Positions 9,801-20,000 of a DNA stretch of 20,000 nucleotides are shown piece by piece; positions within the stretch are counted from its first letter, which is position 1; each line of letters opens with the position of its first letter. The stretch covers positions 3,204,307 through 3,224,306 of the forward strand of contig NC_057760.1 in assembly GCF_004010195.1 (NCBI RefSeq), given 5' to 3'. Source of the DNA: Chiloscyllium plagiosum. Taxonomy: Eukaryota. Made by a program: the position numbers and the translations under genes. The notes beneath the pieces are model-generated. The model saw only the letters and a program-made list of their open reading frames with translations. It was not told where the DNA came from and ran no database searches.

Positions 9801-12800
9801 ACCGTCACTCACTGTCCATCTAACCCCACACTGTACCAGGGGTGAGTGACCGTCACTCACTGTCCATCTAACCCCACACTGTACCAGGGGTGAGTGACCG
9901 TCACTCACTGTCCATCTAACCCCACACTGTACCAGGGGTGAGTGACCGTCACTCACTGTCCATCTAACCCCACACTGTACCAGGGGTGAGTGACCGTCAC
10001 TCACTGTCCATCTAACCCCACACTGTACCAGGGGTGAGTGACCGTCACTCACTGTCCATCTAACCCCACACTGTACCAGGGGTGAGTGACCGTCACTCAC
10101 TGTCCATCTAACCCCACACTGTACCAGGGGTGAGTGACCGTCACTCACTGTCCATCTAACCCCACACTGTACCAGGGGTGAGTGACCGTCACTCACTGTC
10201 CATCTAACCCCACACTGTACCAGGGGTGAGTGACCGTCACTCACTGTCCATCTAACCCCACACTGTACCAGGGGTGAGTGACCGTCACTCACTGTCCATC
10301 TAACCCCACACTGTACCAGGGGTGAGTGACCGTCACTCACTGTCCATCTAACCCCACACTGTACCAGGGGTGAGTGACCGTCACTCACTGTCCATCTAAC
10401 CCCACACTGTACCAGGGGTGAGTGACCGTCACTCACTGTCCATCTAACCCCACACTGTACCAGGGGTGAGTGACCGTCACTCACTGTCCATCTAACCCCA
10501 CACTGTACCAGGGGTGAGTGACCGTCACTCACTGTCCATCTAACCCCACACTGTACCAGGGGTGAGTGACCGTCACTCACTGTCCATCTAACCCCACACT
10601 GTACCAGGGGTGAGTGACCGTCACTCACTGTCCATCTAACCCCACACTGTACCAGGGGTGAGTGACCGTCACTCACTGTCCATCTAACCCCACACTGTAC
10701 CAGGGGTGAGTGACCGTCACTCACTGTCCATCTAACCCCACACTGTACCAGGGGTGAGTGACCGTCACTCACTGTCCATCTAACCCCACACTGTACCAGG
10801 GGTGAGTGACCGTCACTCACTGTCCATCTAACCCCACACTGTACCAGGGGTGAGTGACCGTCACTCACTGTCCATCTAACCCCACACTGTACCAGGGGTG
10901 AGTGACCGTCACTCACTGTCCATCTAACCCCACACTGTACCAGGGGTGAGTGACCGTCACTCACTGTCCATCTAACCCCACACTGTACCAGGGGTGAGTG
11001 ACCGTCACTCACTGTCCATCTAACCCCACACTGTACCAGGGGTGAGTGACCGTCACTCACTGTCCATCTAACCCCACACTGTACCAGGGGTGAGTGACCG
11101 TCACTCACTGTCCATCTAACCCCACACTGTACCAGGGGTGAGTGACCGTCACTCACTGTCCATCTAACCCCACACTGTACCAGGGGTGAGTGACCGTCAC
11201 TCACTGTCCATCTAACCCCACACTGTACCAGGGGTGAGTGACCGTCACTCACTGTCCATCTAACCCCACACTGTACCAGGGGTGAGTGACCGTCACTCAC
11301 TGTCCATCTAACCCCACACTGTACCAGGGGTGAGTGACCGTCACTCACTGTCCATCTAACCCCACACTGTACCAGGGGTGAGTGACCGTCACTCACTGTC
11401 CATCTAACCCCACACTGTACCAGGGGTGAGTGACCGTCACTCACTGTCCATCTAACCCCACACTGTACCAGGGGTGAGTGACCGTCACTCACTGTCCATC
11501 TAACCCCACACTGTACCAGGGGTGAGTGACCGTCACTCACTGTCCATCTAACCCCACACTGTACCAGGGGTGAGTGACCGTCACTCACTGTCCATCTAAC
11601 CCCACACTGTACCAGGGGTGAGTGACCGTCACTCACTGTCCATCTAACCCCACACTGTACCAGGGGTGAGTGACCGTCACTCACTGTCCATCTAACCCCA
11701 CACTGTACCAGGGGTGAGTGACCGTCACTCACTGTCCATCTAACCCCACACTGTACCAGGGGTGAGTGACCGTCACTCACTGTCCATCTAACCCCACACT
11801 GTACCAGGGGTGAGTGACCGTCACTCACTGTCCATCTAACCCCACACTGTACCAGGGGTGAGTGACCGTCACTCACTGTCCATCTAACCCCACACTGTAC
11901 CAGGGGTGAGTGACCGTCACTCACTGTCCATCTAACCCCACACTGTACCAGGGGTGAGTGACCGTCACTCACTGTCCATCTAACCCCACACTGTACCAGG
12001 GGTGAGTGACCGTCACTCACTGTCCATCTAACCCCACACTGTACCAGGGGTGAGTGACCGTCACTCACTGTCCATCTAACCCCACACTGTACCAGGGGTG
12101 AGTGACCGTCACTCACTGTCCATCTAACCCCACACTGTACCAGGGGTGAGTGACCGTCACTCACTGTCCATCTAACCCCACACTGTACCAGGGGTGAGTG
12201 ACCGTCACTCACTGTCCATCTAACCCCACACTGTACCAGGGGTGAGTGACCGTCACTCACTGTCCATCTAACCCCACACTGTACCAGGGGTGAGTGACCG
12301 TCACTCACTGTCCATCTAACCCCACACTGTACCAGGGGTGAGTGACCGTCACTCACTGTCCATCTAACCCCACACTGTACCAGGGGTGAGTGACCGTCAC
12401 TCACTGTCCATCTAACCCCACACTGTACCAGGGGTGAGTGACCGTCACTCACTGTCCATCTAACCCCACACTGTACCAGGGGTGAGTGACCGTCACTCAC
12501 TGTCCATCTAACCCCACACTGTACCAGGGGTGAGTGACCGTCACTCACTGTCCATCTAACCCCACACTGTACCAGGGGTGAGTGACCGTCACTCACTGTC
12601 CATCTAACCCCACACTGTACCAGGGGTGAGTGACCGTCACTCACTGTCCATCTAACCCCACACTGTACCAGGGGTGAGTGACCGTCACTCACTGTCCATC
12701 TAACCCCACACTGTACCAGGGGTGAGTGACCGTCACTCACTGTCCATCTAACCCCACACTGTACCAGGGGTGAGTGACCGTCACTCACTGTCCATCTAAC

Positions 12801-15800
12801 CCCACACTGTACCAGGGGTGAGTGACCGTCACTCACTGTCCATCTAACCCCACACTGTACCAGGGGTGAGTGACCGTCACTCACTGTCCATCTAACCCCA
12901 CACTGTACCAGGGGTGAGTGACCGTCACTCACTGTCCATCTAACCCCACACTGTACCAGGGGTGAGTGACCGTCACTCACTGTCCATCTAACCCCACACT
13001 GTACCAGGGGTGAGTGACCGTCACTCACTGTCCATCTAACCCCACACTGTACCAGGGGTGAGTGACCGTCACTCACTGTCCATCTAACCCCACACTGTAC
13101 CAGGGGTGAGTGACCGTCACTCACTGTCCATCTAACCCCACACTGTACCAGGGGTGAGTGACCGTCACTCACTGTCCATCTAACCCCACACTGTACCAGG
13201 GGTGAGTGACCGTCACTCACTGTCCATCTAACCCCACACTGTACCAGGGGTGAGTGACCGTCACTCACTGTCCATCTAACCCCACACTGTACCAGGGGTG
13301 AGTGACCGTCACTCACTGTCCATCTAACCCCACACTGTACCAGGGGTGAGTGACCGTCACTCACTGTCCATCTAACCCCACACTGTACCAGGGGTGAGTG
13401 ACCGTCACTCACTGTCCATCTAACCCCACACTGTACCAGGGGTGAGTGACCGTCACTCACTGTCCATCTAACCCCACACTGTACCAGGGGTGAGTGACCG
13501 TCACTCACTGTCCATCTAACCCCACACTGTACCAGGGGTGAGTGACCGTCACTCACTGTCCATCTAACCCCACACTGTACCAGGGGTGAGTGACCGTCAC
13601 TCACTGTCCATCTAACCCCACACTGTACCAGGGGTGAGTGACCGTCACTCACTGTCCATCTAACCCCACACTGTACCAGGGGTGAGTGACCGTCACTCAC
13701 TGTCCATCTAACCCCACACTGTACCAGGGGTGAGTGACCGTCACTCACTGTCCATCTAACCCCACACTGTACCAGGGGTGAGTGACCGTCACTCACTGTC
13801 CATCTAACCCCACACTGTACCAGGGGTGAGTGACCGTCACTCACTGTCCATCTAACCCCACACTGTACCAGGGGTGAGTGACCGTCACTCACTGTCCATC
13901 TAACCCCACACTGTACCAGGGGTGAGTGACCGTCACTCACTGTCCATCTAACCCCACACTGTACCAGGGGTGAGTGACCGTCACTCACTGTCCATCTAAC
14001 CCCACACTGTACCAGGGGTGAGTGACCGTCACTCACTGTCCATCTAACCCCACACTGTACCAGGGGTGAGTGACCGTCACTCACTGTCCATCTAACCCCA
14101 CACTGTACCAGGGGTGAGTGACCGTCACTCACTGTCCATCTAACCCCACACTGTACCAGGGGAGAGTGACCATCACTCACTGTCCATCTAACCCCACACT
14201 GTACCAGGGGAGAGTGACCATCACTCACTGTCCATCTAACCCCACACTGTACCAGGGGAGAGTGACCATCACTCACTGTCCATCTAACCCCACACTGTAC
14301 CAGGGGAGAGTGACCATCACTCACTGTCCATCTAACCCCACACTGTACCTGGGGAGAGTGACCATCACTCACTGTCCATCTAGCCCCATACTGTACCAGG
14401 GGAGAGTGACCATCACTCACTGTCCATCTAACCCCACACTGTACCAGGGGTGAGTGGCCGTCACTCACTGTCCATCTAACCCCATACTGTACCAGGGGAG
14501 AGTGACCATCACTCACTGTCCATCTAACCCCACACTGTACCAGGGGTGAGTGGCCGTCACTCACTGTCCATCTAACCCCATACTGTACCAGGGGAGAGTG
14601 ACCATCACTCACTGTCCATCTAACCCCACACTGTACCAGGGGTGAGTGGCCGTCACTCACTGTCCATCTAACCCCATACTGTACCAGGGGAGAGTGACCA
14701 TCACTCACTGTCCATCTAACCCCACACTGTACCAGGGGAGAGTGACCATCACTCACTGTCCATCTAGCCCCATACTGTACCAGGGGAGAGTGACCATCAC
14801 TCACTGTCCATCTAGCCCCATACTGTACCAGGGGAGAGTGACCATCACTCACTGTCCATCTAACCCCACACTGTACCAGGGGTGAGTGACCGTCACTCAC
14901 TGTCCATCTAACCCCATACTGTACCAGGGGAGAGTGACCATCACTCACTGTCCATCTAACCCCAGACTGTACCAGGGGAGAGTGACCATCACTCACTGTC
15001 CATCTAACCCCACACTGTACCAGGGGAGAGCGATCATCACTCACTGTCTATCTAACCCCATACTGTACCAGGGGAGAGTGACCATCACTCACTGTCCATC
15101 TAACCCCACACTGTACCAGGGGAGAGTGACCACCATTCACTGTCCATCTAACCCCACACTGTACCTGGGGAGAGTGACCATCACTCACTGTCCATCTAAC
15201 CCCACACTGTACCAGGGGGAGTGACCATCACTCACTGTCCATCTAACCCCACACTGTACCAGGGGAGTGTGACCATCACTCACTGTCCATCTAACCCCAC
15301 ACTGTACCAGGGGAGAGTGACCATCACTCACTGTCCATCTAACCCCACACTGTACCTGGGGAGAGTGACCGTCACTCACTGTCCATCTAACCCCATACTG
15401 TACCAGGGAAGAGTGACCACCACTCACTGTCCATCTAAACCCACACTGTACCAGGGGAGAGTGACCGTCACTCACTGTCCATCTAACCCCAGACTGTACC
15501 AGGGGAGAGTGATCATCACTCACTGTCCATCTAACCCCACACTGTACCAGGGGGGAGTGACCATCACTCACTGTCCATCTAACCCCACTCTGTACCAGGG
15601 GGGAGTGACCATCACTCACTGTCCATCTAACCCCACAATGTACCAGGGGGGAGTGACCATCACTCACTGTCCATCTAACACCATACGGTACCAGGGGTGA
15701 GTGACCGTCACTCACTGCCCATCTTACCCCACACTGTACCAGGGGAGAGTGACCATCACTCACTGTCCATCTAACACCATACGGTACCAAGGGAGAGTGA

Positions 15801-16535
15801 CCATCACTCACTGTCCATCTAACCCCACACTGTTCCTGTGGAGAGTGACCATCACTCACCGTCCATCTAACCCAACACTGTGCCAGGGGAGAGCGATCAT
15901 CACTCACTGTCCATCTAACCCCACACTGTACCAGCGGAGAGTGACCATCACTCACTGTCCATCTAACCCCACACTGTACCAGGGGAGAGTGACCATTACT
16001 CAATGTCCATCTAACCCCATACTGTACCAGCGGAGAGTGACCATCACTCACTGTCCATCTAACCCCACACTGTACCAGGGGAGAGTGACCATTACTCACT
16101 GTCCATCTAACCCCAGACTGTACCAAGGGAGAGTGACCATCACTCACTGTCCATCTAACCCCAGACTGTACTAGGGGAGAGTGACCATCTCTCACTGTCC
16201 ATCTAACCCGAGACTGTACCAGGGGAGAGTGACCATCACTCACTGTCCATCTAAGACCATACAGCACCAAGGGAGAGTGACCATCACTCACTGTCCATCT
16301 AACCCCAGACTGTACCAGGGGAGAGTGACCATCACTCACTGTCCATCTAACCCCACACTGTACCAGGGGAGAGTGACCATCACTCACTGTCCATCTAGCC
16401 CCACACTGTACCGGGGGGAGTGACCACCACTCACTGTCCATCTAACCCCACACTGTACCAGGGGAGAGTGACCATCACTCACTGTCCATCTAACCCCACA
16501 CTGTACCAGGGGAGAGTGACCATTACTCTCTGTCC
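6802..16535. repeat. 48-bp minisatellite, about 203 copies (unit CCACACTGTACCAGGGG[T/A]GAGTGACC[G/A]TCACTCACTGTCCATCTAACC)
   Basis: Exact 48-bp period. No visible variant over 6802-14162 (about 153 units), then increasingly diverged units to 16535, with 2-bp-deleted units near 15220 and 16420. Confidence 0.99.
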
Positions 16536-16682
16536 TCGGAGTGTTTGATGGGGACAGTGTAAAGTGAACTTTAGTTTGATAGAGTGGCGAGTGTTTCTTT
16601 GTGTCTAAGTTTGTGCTGACAGCATGTTGACTTTCCCTGTGCTGTTGGGTGGTCCGTCTGAAATATGCCCTTGCTTTCACAG

Positions 16683-16817
16683 ACCAGCATCATTAGCATG
16701 GTATACACACAGTCTGAGATCCTACAGAGGGAAGTTTATCTTTTTGAGCGCATCGAGTCCACCAACCGTGAGACCATGAAACACCTAAAAGCCATCTGCT
16801 TTTTGCGGCCTACCAAG
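16683..16817 (+). CDS. VPS45: VPS45 (Sec1/Munc18-family vacuolar protein sorting 45), internal coding exon (probable exon 2), 135 nt
   Basis: Acceptor ttgctttcacAG at 16681-16682, donor AAG|GTAAGT at 16818. Encodes [45 protein letters not shown], which closely matches the vertebrate VPS45 N-terminal region as I recall it ([45 protein letters not shown]). Confidence 0.97.
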
Positions 16818-17021
16818 GTAAGTGCCACCCACTTACTGCCTGCCCATCTGCCTTGGCCCTTTGTAGGCCAGTGTGCACACCTAACGTTCAGCTCAGATGG
16901 GAAATGCTGGAGAAGCAGAGGTTTGTTGTGGCTTCAGCATATGCCTTCACTGTTGGGGTGAAATGATCGAGCGGGGGATGTGATAGACTTGGCGATAGAG
17001 TCGCTTGGTTGTGTCAGAGTG

Positions 17022-17493
17022 TGTTTTAAAAAAATTCTCAAGGTCAGGTTCGTAGGAGAGTAGTCTGACACAGAACAAACGACCAAGAGGCGAGTCTGCT
17101 AGAATATGAGCATTTTATTCCCCGCAGCGTCGCCACAACCAGGTCTCATACTTACAACGGGTCTGGCTTATACTCACTCTACATGTTACCGGAACTGGGA
17201 GCCGTCAGTTCTCGTAGAGCGGTTGCCAACAACCCACGCTCGGCGGTTAAACGTAACCCCGGAGCAGACTCACCGAACTGGAGACTTTTCCAGCTGATAT
17301 ACTCTTTTCCAGATATAAACATTCATGTGAACAGCAGAGCAAGGCTAAAAAACACATTCCATTCTGGTTACATACAGATAAGAAGATTCACACGGGGAGG
17401 TGTGTAATAAGATTCACACGGGACTAAGCAACACCTCCATTCCGGTTAGATTCACACATGTATTGGGACATAATTTTTAACCGTTTCACCACA
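17022..17493 (-). mobile_element. Solo LTR (472 bp) in a VPS45 intron, antisense to the gene
   Basis: TGT...ACA termini and a perfect 5-bp target-site duplication GAGTG (17017-17021, 17494-17498). Minus-strand TATAA (17168-17172) precedes AATAAA (17114-17119). Internal repeats AAGATTCACACGGG. Confidence 0.8.
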
Positions 17494-17610
17494 GAGTGCA
17501 AACTAGTGCAGGATGGATTTTGGGGCTGCACTGAAGTAAATGGCAGCAGGGTGACAGTGGAGTTCAAACTGTCCGATTTCCTCCTGTAATTGTCCATTTC
17601 TGTGTTCTAG

Positions 17611-17671
17611 GCGAACGTTGAATTTCTGATCCAGGAACTGCGCAGACCCAAGTATGGCCTGTATTTTGTTT
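17611..17671 (+). CDS. VPS45: VPS45 coding exon (probable exon 3), 61 nt
   Basis: tgtgttctAG|GCG...GTT T|GTGAGT. Encodes [20 protein letters not shown] plus 1 nt (cf. VPS45 [20 protein letters not shown]), in frame with the previous exon. Confidence 0.96.
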
Positions 17672-17991
17672 GTGAGTACTTGACTGTCACACTGCTGATT
17701 TCACTTCTGAGATTGGAGCTGCTATCCCGGTAGCTCAATGTATAAAGGGATTTGAGTGGCTTGGCCACACACAGCAGCATAGAAATAAGTTCAATGTGCA
17801 GGACTGCTGATGTGAGCTGGAGGTTACAGTTGGTCTGAGTACCCTGGGCACAGATCAGGGAGTGGATCCCAGGCCCCTTGCTGCTGAGTGAGAGATTGGT
17901 CTGTATGGGATCACAGCGAAGGCTTCATGCTGCAGCTCCTGTCTCCTGAATCTCAGTAGCTGGCTCCGAGTTTACCTTCCTGTGTCTCTAA

Positions 17992-18093
<102 letters not shown>

Positions 18094-18535
18094 TAGTTCG
18101 TTCTCCAGAGCGATGGGTTAAAGGATCCCCACCCCACCCGGAATTGGACAATTTTCCCGTTCATTATTTCGGTGAACTTGGCATGTGGGGTCACTTTGCA
18201 GCTTTCTGTAATTGGGTCCCTGCTCCGTTAAAATACCTGTGTCTGGGTTTGCTATATCGCTCTTGCTCATGCTGGACCAGGGTTTTCTCCATTCCAGTCA
18301 TTGGGTGGCACAGTTCTGTGGATTTGTGGGAGAAAACAAGGTGTTTGAAACACTCAGCAGGCGAGGGCTGCATTTCTCCGAGTGGAGCACTGTTAGTGTT
18401 GAGTACTGTGACTCCCCCCACCACAACCTGGTGACCTCCACCATCTACATTACAGTCCTTATCTGATGCAGATAATTTAAACAAAGTGAAGTCTGCTTTC
18501 TCTCTGTCATTCACTTTGCTGTGATTCTGTTTCAG

Positions 18536-18604
18536 GAATTTTATGGAGATTTCATTGCTGTGAGTCCACATGTGTTTTCCCTCAATCTCACTGGTTGTGC
18601 TCAG
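18536..18604 (+). CDS. VPS45: VPS45 coding exon (probable exon 5), 69 nt
   Basis: ctgtttcAG|GAA...CAG|GTGAGG. Encodes [23 protein letters not shown] (cf. VPS45 [23 protein letters not shown]). Confidence 0.96.
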
Positions 18605-18704
18605 GTGAGGAGACAGTGACTCTTATATAACTTCCATGTGTCATATATGTGAGCAATGACTGCAACTGAGAATGCCATCTCTGAAGCTGTTCCAGATGTG
18701 GGCA

Positions 18705-20000
18705 GACAATGTGGGAGTGAGATTCCCTTTGCTGGGGTTATTCTCCATGCGGACAATGTGGGACTGAGATTCCGTTTGCTGGAGTTATTCTCCATGTGGA
18801 CAATGTGGGAGTGTGATTCTCTTTGCTGGAGTTATTCTAGATGAGGACAATGTGGGAGTGAGATTCCCTTTGCTGGAGTTATTCTCCATGTGGACAATGT
18901 CGGAGTGAGATTCCCTTTGCTGGAGTTATTCTAGATGTGGACAATGTGGGAGTGAGATTCCCTTTGCTGGAGTTATTCTAGATGTGGACAATGTAGGAGT
19001 GAGATTCCCTTTGCTGGAGTTATTCTAGATGTGGACAATGTGAGAGTGAGATTCCCTTTGCTGGAGTTATTCTCCATGTGGACAATGTCGGAGTGAGATT
19101 CCGTTTGCTGGAGGTATTCTCGATGTGGACAATGTGGGAGTGAGATTCCCTTTGCTGGAGTTGTTCTAGATGTGGACAATGTGGGAGTGTGAGTCTCTTT
19201 GCTGGAGTTATTCTAGATGTGGACAATGTGGGAGTGAGATTACCTTTGCTGGAGTTATTCTCCATGTGGACAATGTAGGAGTGTGATTCTCTTTGCTGGA
19301 GTTATTCTAGATGTGGACAATGTGGGAGTGTAATTCTCTTTGCTGGAGTTATTCTAGATGTGGACAATGTGGGAGTGAGATTCCGTTTGCTGGAGTTATT
19401 GTCGATGTGGACAATGTGGGAGTGAGATTCCCTTTGCTGGAGTTATTCTAGATGTGGACAATGTGGGAGTGTGATTCTCTTTACTGGAGTTATTCTAGAT
19501 TTGTCAATGTGGGAGTGAGATTCCGTTTGCTGGAGTTATTCTAGATGTGGACAATGTGGGAGCGAGATTCCGTTTGCTGGAGTTATTCTCGATGTGGACA
19601 GTGTGGGAGTGAGATTCCGTTTGCTGGAGTTATTCTAGATGTGGACAATGTGGGAGAGCGATTCCCTTTGCCGGAGTTATTCTAGATGTGGGCAATGTGG
19701 GAGTGTGATTCTCTTTGCTGGAGTTATTCTAGATGTGTACAATGTGGGAGTGTGATTCTCTTTGCTGGAGTTATTCTAGATGTTGACAATGTGGGAGTGT
19801 GATTCTCTTTGCTGGAGTTATTCTAGATGTGGACAATGTGGGAGTGAGATTCCCTTTGCTGGAGTTATTGTCGATGTGGACAATGTGGGAGTGAGATTCC
19901 GTTTGCTGGAGTTATTCTAGATGTGGACAATGTGGGAGTGAGATTCCCTTTGCTGGAGTTATTCTAGATGTGGACAATGTGGGAGTGAGATTCCCTTTGC
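18705..20000. repeat. 47-bp minisatellite, at least 27 copies, running off the window (GTGGACAATGTGGGAGTGAGATTCCCTTTGCTGGAGTTATTCTAGAT)
   Basis: 47-bp period (GGACAATG at 18751, 18798, ...) with interspersed variants. Confidence 0.98.

Noticed and set aside
6693..15044. 2783-aa minus-strand ORF of 16-aa repeats, plus related ORFs at 14118-16680
   Set aside because: It results from a 48-bp (divisible by 3) unit with a stop-free frame. It has no unique domain or synonymous variation, ends inside a SINE and is antisense to a VPS45 intron.
6802..16535. CRISPR-like array (palindromic repeats, polarised divergence)
   Set aside because: There are no unique spacers and no cas genes, and the context is a vertebrate intron.
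1..16682. VPS45 exon 1 or promoter
   Set aside because: By eye I found no sequence encoding the expected N-terminus (MNVV...MDKET) and no CpG island; it presumably lies upstream of the window.
16665..16961. 98-aa ORF as a standalone gene
   Set aside because: Only 16683-16817 matches VPS45; the rest is intron read-through beyond the splice sites.
18144..18571. Overlapping short ORFs in the intron before the last exon
   Set aside because: They have no recognisable homology and look like chance intronic ORFs.

Overview
Eukaryotic, repeat-rich genomic DNA, most likely a cartilaginous fish (shark-type V-SINE/HE1-like SINEs, CR1 and Rex1/Babar LINE relics; this is an inference). The only real gene is VPS45 on the + strand: four internal coding exons (16683-16817, 17611-17671, 18002-18081, 18536-18604) splice in frame with GT-AG boundaries. 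I did not find exon 1 in the window. Positions 1-6800 hold nested retroelement debris, including Penelope-like elements with minimal hammerhead ribozyme motifs and a 47-N gap inside a SINE. A 48-bp minisatellite fills about 6802-16535 (about 203 units; the first ~153 show no variant I could see) and produces the spurious 2783-aa ORF. A solo LTR with a 5-bp target-site duplication lies in the next intron, and a 47-bp minisatellite runs off the right end. I found no convincing new protein-coding system. The best leads are the hammerhead motifs and the palindrome-plus-splice-signal layout of the 48-mer.
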